Shown here: positions 46,046 through 55,734 of the stretch, piece by piece
How positions within the stretch are numbered: the stretch's first letter is position 1
How the letters are laid out: each line of letters opens with the position of its first letter
Source: Clostridia bacterium
GTDB taxonomy: Bacteria > Bacillota > Clostridia > Christensenellales > CAG-138
Assembly: GCA_030526425.1 (NCBI GenBank)
Contig: JAUNCT010000010.1
Coordinates: 5,526 to 69,525, forward strand
Reading direction: 5' to 3'
Length of the DNA stretch: 64,000 nucleotides
The notes under the pieces: model-generated
Database searches by the model: none
What the model was told of the DNA's origin: nothing
Seen by the model: only the letters and a program-made list of their open reading frames with translations
Program-made: the position numbers and the translations under genes

Positions 46046-47437
46046 ATGCAAACTCGAATTGAACACGACTCGATCGGCGATAAAGCGGTTCCCGCAGATG
46101 TATACTACGGCGTGCAGACGCTGCGCTGCGTGGAAAACTTCACCATCACGGGTCTGAGAATACAGAAAGAATTCATCAACAGCCTTGCGGAAATCAAAAA
46201 GGCCTGCGCGGAAGCGAACCTCGAAGCCGGTGAGCTTTCGGCGGATGTCGCGAACGCCATCGTTCAGGCGTGCGACGAAGTCCTCGAGGGCAAGTTCTAC
46301 GAGCATTTCGTCGTCGACCCCATTCAGGGCGGCGCCGGTACTTCCATGAACATGAACGCGAACGAAGTCATCGCGAACCGCGCCAACGAGATCCTCGGCG
46401 GCGAACTCGGCAAGTACGACAAGGTCCACCCGAACGATCACGTCAACCGCGGTCAGTCCACGAACGACGTCATTCCCACCGCGGGCAAGATCACCGCGCT
46501 GCGCCTCCTGCATGAAGCACGCAAACAGCTCCGCCGCCTGCACGATGCGCTCGAAGCCAAGGCGCAGGAATTCGACGATGTCATCAAGATGGGTCGTACG
46601 CAGATGCAGGACGCGGTCCCCGTCCGCCTCGGTCAGGAGTTCCACGCATACGCTACCGCGGTCGCGCGTGATATCGAGCGCCTCAAGGTCGTCGACCGCG
46701 ATCTTTGCACGCTGAACCTCGGCGGTACGGCGATCGGCACCGGCGTCAACGCCGATAAGCATTACTTCGTCAACGTCGTTCCGTGCCTCAGCGAAGTCGC
46801 GAACCTTCCGCTGATGCAGGCCGCCGACCTTGTCGGCTCCACCTCCAACCTCGACTGCTTCGTTGCGGTTTCCGGGGCGGTCCGTACCTGTGCGGTCAAC
46901 CTCTCCAAAATGGCGAACGACCTGCGTCTCATGTCCTCCGGTCCGCGCTGCGGTCTGAATGAGATCAACCTCCCCGCGATGCAGAACGGTTCCTCCATCA
47001 TGCCCGGCAAGGTCAACCCGGTCATTCCCGAGGTCGTCAACCAGGTCGCGTTCAATATCATCGGCAACGACGTCACCATCACCATGGCGGCAGAAGCCGG
47101 TCAGCTCGAGCTCAACGCTTTTGAGCCCATCATCTTCTACAACCTGTTCCACTCCATCAAGGAACTCGGCGGCGCGGTCAAGACCTTCGTCGACAACTGC
47201 ATCGTCGGCATCACCGCCAACAAAGAACGCTGCCGTGATATGGTCGAGAACAGCGTCGGCATCATCACGCCGCTCTGCCCGCATGTCGGTTACCAGAAAG
47301 CGGCGGATATCGCCAAAAAGGCGATCAAGACCGGTGCCTCCGTCCGCGAGCTCATCCTCGAAGAGGGTCTGCTGACCTCCGAGCAGATCGATGCGATCCT
47401 CGACGCATACGCGATGACCGAGCCCGGCGTCCGCTGA
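46046..47437 (+). CDS. aspA: aspartate ammonia-lyase
   Basis: ATG 46046 (AAAGGAG SD). DPIQGGAGTSMNMNANEV and GSSIMPGKVNPVIPE signatures, which are closer to AspA than to class II fumarase (fumarase has QTGSGTQ). Confidence 0.9.
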   Translation: MQTRIEHDSIGDKAVPADVYYGVQTLRCVENFTITGLRIQKEFINSLAEIKKACAEANLEAGELSADVANAIVQACDEVLEGKFYEHFVVDPIQGGAGTSMNMNANEVIANRANEILGGELGKYDKVHPNDHVNRGQSTNDVIPTAGKITALRLLHEARKQLRRLHDALEAKAQEFDDVIKMGRTQMQDAVPVRLGQEFHAYATAVARDIERLKVVDRDLCTLNLGGTAIGTGVNADKHYFVNVVPCLSEVANLPLMQAADLVGSTSNLDCFVAVSGAVRTCAVNLSKMANDLRLMSSGPRCGLNEINLPAMQNGSSIMPGKVNPVIPEVVNQVAFNIIGNDVTITMAAEAGQLELNAFEPIIFYNLFHSIKELGGAVKTFVDNCIVGITANKERCRDMVENSVGIITPLCPHVGYQKAADIAKKAIKTGASVRELILEEGLLTSEQIDAILDAYAMTEPGVR

Positions 47438-47456
47438 GCCGTCTTCACAAAATTCG

Positions 47457-47492
47457 AAAACCGTCCGTCCCGAAAGGGGCGGGCGGTTTTTT
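47457..47492 (+). terminator. rho-independent terminator after aspA
   Basis: CCGTCCGTCCC-GAAA-GGGGCGGGCGGTTTTTT. Confidence 0.68.
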
Positions 47493-47551
47493 CGCGCTTC
47501 TCCGTATTTGCGGAGGTTCGGGATATGCACCGGGTCCGATTGCGGAAGAAA

Positions 47552-47582
47552 GAAAAATCCCGGACTCCGAAGAGCCCGGGAG
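47552..47582 (-). terminator. terminator after the ABC permease genes
   Basis: Minus strand reads TCCCGGGCTC-TTCG-GAGTCCGGGATTTTT. Confidence 0.6.
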
Positions 47583-47598
47583 GATTTTGTATGCGTTT

Positions 47599-48651
47599 TC
47601 AGCGTTTTCCGGCGTCGTACGGAACGCCCTCCGCCTTCGGTGCGCGGCTCTTCTTCGAGGTGAAGGCCAGCACGAGCAGCGAGATCAGGTAGGGCAGCAG
47701 ACGGTAGAAGTTCGCGTTCAGCAGCTTGCCCCAAACGGGGTCCTTCGACAGCTGTGCCAAAAGGAACACGCCGTCGCCGTTGATATCCAGCGTCGAGTAG
47801 GCGGCTGCGGTGCATTTGAACAGACCGAACAGCAACGCAGCCCCTGCGATGTTCAGCGGCTTCCAGTTGCCGAAGATCATGACCGCCAACGCGAGGAAGC
47901 CGAAGCCCGCGACGTCGCCGTTCGCAACACAGTTCGCAGTGGTCAGGCTGTAGACGAAACCGCCCATGCCCGCCAAAGCGCCGGAGATCACGACGCCCGC
48001 GTAGCGCATCTTCACAACGTTGATGCCGAGCGAAGCGGCGGCCTGCGGGTTTTCGCCGCAGCTGCGCAGGCGCAGACCGAAGCGGGTCTTGTACATCAGC
48101 ACCGACAGCACCACGAAGAGGATAAGGCATACATAGGTCGTGATGTAGACCTTGTTCAAAAAGGTGTCGACAAAGAAGTTGCTCGTCGTCTTCGGGATGC
48201 CGAACATCGACTTTTTCAGCATGAACCAGCTCGCTGCATCTCCCTTGAACAGGGTCAGTTCGTTCTGCTGCGCGATCAGGCGGATGAGGAACAGAACGAT
48301 CGCGGGGGAGAGCATGTTCAGCGCGGTGCCGCTGATGGTCTGGTCCGCTTTCAGGTTGATGGCGGCAAAGGCGAGCAACAGCGAGAACAGTGCGCCCAAC
48401 AGTGCGGCGACCAGCATCGTCAGCAAAATGAAGCCCTGCATTTGGGGCCAGTTGGCGGATTTCGGCAACAGCACGAACACCTCGTTCTGCTGCATCACAC
48501 GTACGAACAGACAGCCGATGAATGCACCGAAGACCATGATGCCCTCGAGTGCGAGGTTGATGACGCCGCTGCGCTCCGCGAAAACGCCCGCAAGCGCGAC
48601 GATCATCAGCGGGACGGCGTAGGTCAGGGTCTCACGAATGAGGAATGACAT
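47599..48651 (-). CDS. ABC transporter permease (BMP/nucleoside uptake type, NupQ/YufQ-like)
   Basis: 350-aa polytopic protein, last gene of the SBP-ATPase-permease-permease operon. Confidence 0.88.
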   Translation of the reverse strand: MSFLIRETLTYAVPLMIVALAGVFAERSGVINLALEGIMVFGAFIGCLFVRVMQQNEVFVLLPKSANWPQMQGFILLTMLVAALLGALFSLLLAFAAINLKADQTISGTALNMLSPAIVLFLIRLIAQQNELTLFKGDAASWFMLKKSMFGIPKTTSNFFVDTFLNKVYITTYVCLILFVVLSVLMYKTRFGLRLRSCGENPQAAASLGINVVKMRYAGVVISGALAGMGGFVYSLTTANCVANGDVAGFGFLALAVMIFGNWKPLNIAGAALLFGLFKCTAAAYSTLDINGDGVFLLAQLSKDPVWGKLLNANFYRLLPYLISLLVLAFTSKKSRAPKAEGVPYDAGKR

Positions 48652-48653
48652 GG

Positions 48654-49847
48654 TTACGCGACCTCCTTCCGGGCGGGTTCGGCGTTCGCATCCGCCGTTT
48701 CGCGCTTTTTGCCTGCCTTGGCGAGCAGGTTGCGGAACAGCAGCGAGAATGCGGACAGGTAGACGATCACGGCGATGATGACGTCCGTGATGTACTCGTT
48801 GTACGCCGTGAGGTTCGTGATCTGCAGACCGATGATGTTCAGCGTCGACATGAACAGACCCGTGAAGACGACGGCGATCGGGTGGCAGGAGGCGAGCAGC
48901 GCCACGGCGATGCCGTTGAAGCCCGCCGCGGGCAGGCTCTGGTAGGTGGACCAGAAGAACTCCGTGTTGCCCGAAAGGTAATAGAGCGATGCCGCGGCGC
49001 CGGAAAGCGCGCCCGCAAGCGCCATCGACAGCACGATGCTGCGCTTGTCTTTGATGCCCGCGTACTTCGCTGCGAAGCGGTTCGAACCGCAGGCCTTCAG
49101 CTCATAGCCGAAGGTCGTTTTCGACATCATGAGGTATACGAGCACCGCGATGACGATCGCGATGAGGATGCCGCCGTTCACCTGAGAGCCGGGGAAGATC
49201 TTGTCCAGACCGAGTTTCGGCGTGGCGACGTTGTTGAAGGTCGTTTTGTAGATATAGCCCGTCTTCGTGCCCTCGGTCACGTTTTTCAGGTTCGACAGGT
49301 CGAAGATCCAGGTCACGAGGTTCGCGGCGATCCAGTTCGTCATGATGCAGGCGAGCACCTCGTTGATGTTGAGAAAGGCCTTCAGCATGCCGGGCAGGGC
49401 GCCCCACAGCGCGCCGGCGAGGATGCCCGCGGCGAACGCGAGGACCCAGATGACCGCGGGCGGAACGACGGAGGAGGGGATCTCCAATGCGACGAACAGC
49501 GTCGCGCAGGTGCCCGCAAGGTACTGACCCGCGGCGCCGATGTTGAACAGACCCGTCTTATACGCGAGTGCCACCGAAAGACCCGTGAGGATCAGCGGGG
49601 TCGCGCGGAAGAGCATGTTGCCGATGCTTGCGGGGTTGAAGCCGAAGCTCAGCGCGCCCATGGCGTTGCGTCCCGTCGACAGCAGACCGAGGAAGATCAG
49701 GCGGATGCCGTCCAGTGCACCGGAAAGTCCGATGTTCGGCGAGCACAGGCCCGTGATGAGCGTCAGCAACGCGCCGACGAACAATCCGATGAGGATCGAC
49801 AGGATCGTTGCGAGTACGCCGTTGAAGGCTTGTTTGTTTTGTTTCAT
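48654..49847 (-). CDS. ABC transporter permease (NupP/YufP-like)
   Basis: 397-aa polytopic protein. ATGA overlap with the ATPase gene. Confidence 0.88.
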   Translation of the reverse strand: MKQNKQAFNGVLATILSILIGLFVGALLTLITGLCSPNIGLSGALDGIRLIFLGLLSTGRNAMGALSFGFNPASIGNMLFRATPLILTGLSVALAYKTGLFNIGAAGQYLAGTCATLFVALEIPSSVVPPAVIWVLAFAAGILAGALWGALPGMLKAFLNINEVLACIMTNWIAANLVTWIFDLSNLKNVTEGTKTGYIYKTTFNNVATPKLGLDKIFPGSQVNGGILIAIVIAVLVYLMMSKTTFGYELKACGSNRFAAKYAGIKDKRSIVLSMALAGALSGAAASLYYLSGNTEFFWSTYQSLPAAGFNGIAVALLASCHPIAVVFTGLFMSTLNIIGLQITNLTAYNEYITDVIIAVIVYLSAFSLLFRNLLAKAGKKRETADANAEPARKEVA

Positions 49848-51394
49848 TCGCCGTCCTCCTTGTTCTCCTGCCGCTTCGCGCCGGCCATGTACAGACCGAG
49901 CTCTTCGGGCGTGGTTTTCTTCGGGTCGACCTCGCCGACGATCTCACCGTCGTACATCACGAGGATGCGGTCGGAAAGGCTCAGAACCTCTTCGAGTTCG
50001 AGGGAAACGAGCAGCACCGCTTTCCCGGCGTCGCGCTGGGCGACGAGCTGCTTGTGGATGTACTCGATCGCGCCGACGTCCAGTCCGCGCGTGGGCTGCA
50101 CGGCAACGACGAGCGGCATGTTGCGGTCGAGCTCGCGGGCGACGATCGCTTTCTGCTGGTTGCCGCCGGACATGCTGCGCACGACGGTAACGGCACCCTG
50201 ACCGGAACGGACGTCGAACTTGCCGATCAGCTCCTCCGAATACCGGCGCACCTCGTCGAATTTGATGAAGCCGCCGCTCTGGAAAGCAGGTTCGTAATAG
50301 CGCTGCAGCACCATGTTCTGCTCGAGCGTGAAGTCGAGCACGAGTCCGTGCTTGTGACGGTCTTCGGGGATGTGGCTCATTCCGGCCTGCGCGCGGCGGC
50401 GGATGCTGTCGTGCGTGATATCCTTTCCGTTCAGCACGATCTTGCCGGCGGAGGCCTTTTCAAGCCCCGTCAGCGCGTGCACGAACTCCGTCTGTCCGTT
50501 GCCGTCGATACCCGCGATGCAGACGATCTCGCCCGCGCGGACGGTGAAGGAAACGTTCTTCACGGCATCGTTCTTGTGGAGCTTGCTGGGGACGGTCAGC
50601 CCGGAGATCTCGAGGATGGGCGCGCCGGGAGCCGCTTCCGTTTTGTCGACGACCAGCTGCACGGGGCGTCCGACCATCATGCGCGAAAGCTCTTCCTTCG
50701 TGGTCTCCGCGGTGTTGACGGTGCCGATGTACTTGCCCTTGCGCAGCACCGAGACACGGTCGGAGATCTCCATGATCTCGTTGAGCTTGTGCGAAATGAA
50801 GAGGATCGATTTGCCCTCGTGGGTGAGCCCCTTCATGATCTTCATCAGCTCGTCGATCTCCTGCTGCGTCAGCACGGCGGTCGGTTCGTCGAAGATGAGG
50901 ATCTCGTTGTCGCGGTACAGCATCTTGAGGATCTCCACGCGCTGCTGCATGCCGACGGAGATATCCTCGACGAGCGCGTCGAGGTCCACGTGCAGACCGT
51001 AGCGCTCGGAAAGCTCTTCGATCTTTTTGCGGGCACGGCGCTTTTCCAAAAAGCCCATGCGCGTGTCCTCGGCACCGAGGATGATGTTGTCGAGCACGGT
51101 GAACACATCCACCAACTGGAAATGCTGGTGGACCATGCCGATATGGAGCCGCGTCGCATCGTTCGGGTCGTGGATCTTCACGACCTTGCCGTCCTTGCGG
51201 ATCTCGCCGCGCTCGGGCTGGTACAAACCGAACAGCACGCTCATCAGGGTGGATTTTCCCGCGCCGTTTTCACCGAGCAGGGCGTGGATCTCTCCGCGCC
51301 GGAGCTGCAGGGTGATATCGTCGTTCGCTTTGATCCCCGGGAATTCCTTGGTGATGTGCAGCATCTCGATGACGAATTCGGGATTTTCTGCCAT
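49844..51394 (-). CDS. ABC transporter ATP-binding protein, duplicated ABC domains (NupO/YufO-like)
   Basis: ATG at 51394 ([18 protein letters not shown]), 516 aa. Walker [10 protein letters not shown] in the first domain and a second ABC domain (GIDGNGQTE). The longer ORF 49844..51820 is rejected. Confidence 0.92.
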   Translation of the reverse strand: MAENPEFVIEMLHITKEFPGIKANDDITLQLRRGEIHALLGENGAGKSTLMSVLFGLYQPERGEIRKDGKVVKIHDPNDATRLHIGMVHQHFQLVDVFTVLDNIILGAEDTRMGFLEKRRARKKIEELSERYGLHVDLDALVEDISVGMQQRVEILKMLYRDNEILIFDEPTAVLTQQEIDELMKIMKGLTHEGKSILFISHKLNEIMEISDRVSVLRKGKYIGTVNTAETTKEELSRMMVGRPVQLVVDKTEAAPGAPILEISGLTVPSKLHKNDAVKNVSFTVRAGEIVCIAGIDGNGQTEFVHALTGLEKASAGKIVLNGKDITHDSIRRRAQAGMSHIPEDRHKHGLVLDFTLEQNMVLQRYYEPAFQSGGFIKFDEVRRYSEELIGKFDVRSGQGAVTVVRSMSGGNQQKAIVARELDRNMPLVVAVQPTRGLDVGAIEYIHKQLVAQRDAGKAVLLVSLELEEVLSLSDRILVMYDGEIVGEVDPKKTTPEELGLYMAGAKRQENKEDGE

Positions 51395-51558
51395 AGTTGC
51401 CTCTCTTTCCGAATCAAGCCTGCCGGACAGCAAATGGGTCCGGCGGGTGCATATGTATTTTTTATTATAAACGCGTTCGGCGGCTGTTCGCAAGGATTGC
51501 GCAAAGGGTCGGACCTCCGTGAGGACCCGCCGCGGGATATCGCAGAATTCCGGGCAAC

Positions 51559-51588
51559 AAAAAAGGGAAGAGGCAAATGCCTCTTCCC
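51559..51588 (-). terminator. intra-operon terminator/attenuator after the substrate-binding-protein gene
   Basis: Minus strand reads GGGAAGAGGC-ATTT-GCCTCTTCCCTTTTTT, 15 nt after the SBP stop and about 165 nt before the ATPase start. Confidence 0.7.
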
Positions 51589-51602
51589 AAAGGATGTACG
51601 GC

Positions 51603-52730
51603 TCAGACGTACTGGATGGTGACGTGCTCGAAGGGAACTTCCGCGATCGCACCGGCTTCGAGGACGGAGTCGTCGATGACGATCTCGCCGGCCTTGATCT
51701 TGCCGAGCATCTCTTCGTAGGAAGCGACATCCCAACCGGTGAGGGACCAGGTCTCGGTGGGCAGACCGACCGCGTCGTTCTCGGCACCGAGGGAGGTGTT
51801 CTGACCGCCGATCTCCGCAAAGGTACCGTCGAAGACCTTCGCGAGGGACCACTTGACGGAGGAGACGAGACCCTTCAGCGCGGAGGTGACGACCGTCTCG
51901 GATTCGAAGCTCTGGTCGACGTCGACGCCGACGACAGCCGCATCGTTCGCAGCCGCAGCCGCGGTGATGGAGGAGAACATGGTACCGCCGCAGGCGAAGA
52001 TGATCTCGGTGCCTGCTTCGTACCAGCCGTTGCACATGGTCTGGAGCTCAGCGGAAGCGGAGAAGCTCGCGCCGTATTCCCAGCTGTACTTCAGTTCGAC
52101 GTTCACGCCCTTGGCAGCCGCAGCAGCTTCAACGCCCTGTGCGAAGCCGTAGCCGTAACGGCAGCATGCGGGGTTCGTGCCGCCGCCGCCACCGCAGAAG
52201 CCGAGCTTGGTGAAGCCTTCCATGACGACGGCGTAGCCCGCGAGGAAGCCGGACTGCTGCTCTTTGTAAGCAACGCCCGCAACGTTCGGCAGAACATTGC
52301 CGTTCGCATCGGTCAGCGCCCAACCGTCGATGAACACGAAGTTGACCTCGGGGAACTCGACCGCAGCCTTGGTCAGCGCGGAAGCCTGGAGGAAGCCAGC
52401 CGCAACGACGACCTTCGCACCGCCTTCGCAAGCGGCCTTCATCGCGTCGTAACGGTCATCGTCCGTCGCTTCGGAGCCGTTGGCGGGCTGATAGTACTTG
52501 TAGGACTTGCCGTTCTCGCTTGCAAAGATCTTGCAGCCTTCCCAGGTGCCCTGGTTGAAGGACTTGTCCTTCAGCTGACCGACGTCGGTAACGAATGCGA
52601 CTTCGTACTTGCCGTCTGCAGCGGTCATGGTGTCCTCGATATCATCGGCGGAAAGCACTTCCGCGGTCGCGGTCGCGACGAGCGACAGGACCATAGCGAG
52701 GGTCAACATCAAGGCAATAAGCTTTTTCAT
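51603..52730 (-). CDS. BMP-family (basic membrane protein/PnrA-like) ABC substrate-binding protein
   Basis: ATG at 52730 (MKKLIALMLTLAMVLSLVATATA), 375 aa. VAFVTDVGQLKDKSFNQGTWEG is typical of the Bmp family. The signal peptide has no lipobox Cys. Confidence 0.9.
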   Translation of the reverse strand: MKKLIALMLTLAMVLSLVATATAEVLSADDIEDTMTAADGKYEVAFVTDVGQLKDKSFNQGTWEGCKIFASENGKSYKYYQPANGSEATDDDRYDAMKAACEGGAKVVVAAGFLQASALTKAAVEFPEVNFVFIDGWALTDANGNVLPNVAGVAYKEQQSGFLAGYAVVMEGFTKLGFCGGGGGTNPACCRYGYGFAQGVEAAAAAKGVNVELKYSWEYGASFSASAELQTMCNGWYEAGTEIIFACGGTMFSSITAAAAANDAAVVGVDVDQSFESETVVTSALKGLVSSVKWSLAKVFDGTFAEIGGQNTSLGAENDAVGLPTETWSLTGWDVASYEEMLGKIKAGEIVIDDSVLEAGAIAEVPFEHVTIQYV

Positions 52731-52884
52731 GGTGACATCCTTTCTTTTTTCTGTGCATATCGCACATTTTTTTCGTTCCTCATTGTAGCATGAAAACATC
52801 CGTTGGAAAAGGCGGGGCATAAAGAAATTTTCCTTCCGCGAAAGGACGGACGACTTTGAGCCGCCCGTCCCGCAGCGTGGTATA

Positions 52885-54276
52885 ATGGAACATGTTATGA
52901 AGATTCGCATTCCGTTCCGGCTCCGCCCGGAATTTCAAAACATCCTTCGTCTGGCGTGGCCCGCGGTGCTCGAGGAAGCGCTTGCCACGGTCGTCATCTA
53001 TGCCGACGCCGCCATGGTGGGCGCGCTCGGTCCGGATGCCTCCGCGGCGGTCGGTCTGACGGGTACCGTCAACTGGCTCATCCTCACGGTACTCCGCGCG
53101 TTCGGCGCGGGCGTGCTCGCCGTGTGCGCACAGGCGGACGGCGCAGGCGACGAACCGCTGTTGAAGAAAGCCGCACAGCAGGCACTGTACTTGGTGGCGA
53201 CCTGCGGTCTCGTTTTGTCCGTTGCCTGTCTCGCCGTGTCCCCGCATATCGCGGGGTGGCTGAACGGCGCGCCCGAGATCCGCGCGGATGCCGGGGCGTA
53301 CTTCGCCATCGTGTCGCTGCCGATGCTTTTGCGCGCTTCGCAGCTGATCCTTTCGAGCGTCCTGCGCGGCGTGTCCGATATGAAAACGCCCATGCGTATC
53401 GGGCTGATGACGAACGCACTCAATATCGTGCTCAATTTCTTCCTCATCTATCCGGTGCGTACGGTCGGTTCCGTGACCGTTTGGGGCGCGGGGCTCGGGG
53501 TGCGCGGCGCGGCTTGGGCAACGGCGGTCTCCATCGCCGCGGGCGGCTTGCTCACATTGTATAAATATCTTATGCATCCGCGGTTCGCGTTCCGCACGAC
53601 GGGGTTCCGTTTCGATGCGGGCGTGATGCGCCGCTGTTTGGCGGTCGGTCTGCCGATGGCGTTCGAGCGTGCGGTCGTTTTCACGGGGCACATCGTCTAC
53701 GCCTCGACCGTCGCCCGCCTCGGGGTGATCCCGTTTGCGGCGCACACCATCGCCCTGCAGGCGGAGGAGGCGTTTTACATCCCCGGCTTCGGTCTGCAAT
53801 CCGCCGCGGCGACGCTTGCGGGCAACGCCGTCGGCGAGCGGAACGGGAAAAAACTCGACCGCGTCGCGAAAAACGTATCTTTGCTGGCTTCGGGCGTGAT
53901 GCTCGTTTGCGGGCTGGTGCTGGTTCTCGTCGCACCGGGGCTCATGCGTCTGTTCACCCCGGATGAAACGGTCGTGGCGCTCGGTGCTTCGGTGCTGCGC
54001 ATCGTCGCCTTGTCCGAACCCGTGTACGGCATGCTCATCATCCTCGAGGGCGTGTTCAACGGCATGGGCGAGACCCGCGCACCGATGGTGTACGGCACGC
54101 TGACCATGTGGGGCATCCGGGTGCTCGGCACGGTGCTCTGCATCGGCGTGTTCGGCTTCGGTCTCAAGGCGGCGTGGGTCTGCATGGTGCTCGACAATGT
54201 CGTCCGCGCGGTGCTGCTGCTTGCCCGCTATCTCGGCGGAAAGTGGCGCCCGCGGATCCTCGGTACGAACGGATAA
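52885..54276 (+). CDS. MATE-family efflux transporter
   Basis: 463 aa with about 12 helices. ILRLAWPAVLEEALATVVIYADAAMVG is a MATE N-terminus. Start ATG 52885 or 52897. Confidence 0.88.
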   Translation: MEHVMKIRIPFRLRPEFQNILRLAWPAVLEEALATVVIYADAAMVGALGPDASAAVGLTGTVNWLILTVLRAFGAGVLAVCAQADGAGDEPLLKKAAQQALYLVATCGLVLSVACLAVSPHIAGWLNGAPEIRADAGAYFAIVSLPMLLRASQLILSSVLRGVSDMKTPMRIGLMTNALNIVLNFFLIYPVRTVGSVTVWGAGLGVRGAAWATAVSIAAGGLLTLYKYLMHPRFAFRTTGFRFDAGVMRRCLAVGLPMAFERAVVFTGHIVYASTVARLGVIPFAAHTIALQAEEAFYIPGFGLQSAAATLAGNAVGERNGKKLDRVAKNVSLLASGVMLVCGLVLVLVAPGLMRLFTPDETVVALGASVLRIVALSEPVYGMLIILEGVFNGMGETRAPMVYGTLTMWGIRVLGTVLCIGVFGFGLKAAWVCMVLDNVVRAVLLLARYLGGKWRPRILGTNG

Positions 54277-54290
54277 GGAGGGAAAAACAA

Positions 54291-55265
54291 ATGAAACTCG
54301 GTATTCTCGGCGCGGGCAGCATCGCCCGTAAGATGGCGGCGACGGTCCGCGGCATGGAAGGTGCGGAGCTGTTCGCCATCGCCTCGCGTGACCCGGAAAG
54401 GGCGCGCGCCTTTGCGGAGGAGGAAGGCGCGGAACGCGCTTACGGAAGCTATGAAGAACTGGTGAACGACCCCGCGGTGGAGCTCGTTTACATCGCGACG
54501 CCGCACTCGCGCCACTGTGAGGATGCGCTCCTGTGCATCGCAGCGGGCAAACCCGTGCTGTGCGAAAAGGCGTTCACGATGAATGCCGCCGAAGCGGAGC
54601 GTGTCCTTTTTGCGGCAAAGGAGCAGGGCGTATTCGTCGCCGAAGCGATCTGGACGCGGTACATGCCTTCCCGCAAAATCATCGACGATCTGCTCGCGAG
54701 CGGTATCATCGGCACGCCGAAGGTCCTGACGGCGAACCTGTCCTATCCGATCGATACCGTGCGCCGTTTGATCGACCCCGAGCTTTGCGGCGGCGCGTTG
54801 CTTGATGTCGGCATCTACGGGCTGACCTTCGCCGCGATGCATTTCGGCACGGACATCGAACGGATGGAATCCTCCGTCGCCATGACGGATACCGGCGTCG
54901 ATGCTTCCGAAAGCATCACGCTCCACTACGCCGACGGACGCATGGCGGTGTTGAACCACAGCATGCGCTGCCGCAGCGACCGCATGGGCATCGTTCACGG
55001 TACCGAAGGGTACCTCGTCGTGGACAACATCAACGACCCGCTTTCCGTCTCCGTGTACGATGCGGCGGATACGCTCATCAAGCGCGTGGAGATGCCGCCG
55101 CAGATCACCGGCTACGAGTACGAGGTCGCGGAGTGTGCCGAGTGCCTTCGCAAGGGGCTGACGGAACCGCCGTCCATGCCGCATGCGGAAACCATCGCCA
55201 TGATGCGGCGGATGGATGCGCTGCGCGCGCAATGGGGGCTCGTCTATCCGAAGGAACGCCGGTAA
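54291..55265 (+). CDS. Gfo/Idh/MocA-family oxidoreductase
   Basis: ATG 54291 (AAGGAGGG SD). MKLGILGAGSIARKM Rossmann N-terminus and VLCEKAF motif. 14 nt after the MATE stop. Confidence 0.88.
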   Translation: MKLGILGAGSIARKMAATVRGMEGAELFAIASRDPERARAFAEEEGAERAYGSYEELVNDPAVELVYIATPHSRHCEDALLCIAAGKPVLCEKAFTMNAAEAERVLFAAKEQGVFVAEAIWTRYMPSRKIIDDLLASGIIGTPKVLTANLSYPIDTVRRLIDPELCGGALLDVGIYGLTFAAMHFGTDIERMESSVAMTDTGVDASESITLHYADGRMAVLNHSMRCRSDRMGIVHGTEGYLVVDNINDPLSVSVYDAADTLIKRVEMPPQITGYEYEVAECAECLRKGLTEPPSMPHAETIAMMRRMDALRAQWGLVYPKERR

Positions 55266-55324
55266 TGTTCCTCTGTCCGTTTATCGGATTAGTCGTGCGG
55301 TAAACGACAGGGAGGTATCACGTT

Positions 55325-55438
55325 ATGACCGGTAAGGAAGTATGGGGCTGCGACAATTACGAAGATCTTTACGATGAGTACCCGGATGAATCCGAAAGCC
55401 CGGAGAAAGCCGAGGAGTTTTTCGAATCCCAACAGTGA
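55325..55438 (+). CDS. candidate 37-aa acidic micro-protein
   Basis: ATG 55325 preceded by GGGAGG (8-nt spacing). Encodes MTGKEVWGCDNYEDLYDEYPDESESPEKAEEFFESQQ and is followed by a strong terminator. Below the ORF-track size cutoff and has no recognisable family. Confidence 0.35.
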   Translation: MTGKEVWGCDNYEDLYDEYPDESESPEKAEEFFESQQ

Positions 55439-55454
55439 CGGGTTCCGCGGAGAA

Positions 55455-55497
55455 TGACAAAACGGGAGGAGCGTTGTGCTCCTCCCGTTTTTGTCAT
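55455..55497. terminator. bidirectional terminator
   Basis: GACAAAACGGGAGGAGC-GTTG-TGCTCCTCCCGTTTTTGTC, a stem of about 17 bp between convergent genes. Confidence 0.82.
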
Positions 55498-55712
55498 TGG
55501 TTTTCCGGTGTTTTTTCGAAGGTGACGGTCCGATCCTTCAGCGAGATCTTCTTCACGGCGTACCCAAAGGCGAAGAGTTCCTTTTTCGCATTCAAAAAGC
55601 TGTGGTCGATCGCAACGCCGCCGAGTTCCCGCAGCGCGTCGAAGGAAAGGGTGAAGGGCGTTTCTCTGCCGTCCGCGGCGATGGCATGCCACAGGGCGTC
55701 GTATTTGCTCAT
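55494..55712 (-). CDS. 72-aa hypothetical protein
   Basis: MSKYDALWHAIAADGRETPFTLSFDALRELGGVAIDHSFLNAKKELFAFGYAVKKISLKDRTVTFEK. Lies 22 nt downstream of the DUF853 ATPase gene on the same strand. Confidence 0.6.
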   Translation of the reverse strand: MSKYDALWHAIAADGRETPFTLSFDALRELGGVAIDHSFLNAKKELFAFGYAVKKISLKDRTVTFEKTPENQ

Positions 55713-55734
55713 GCGTCTGTCTCTCGGCTTTCGG

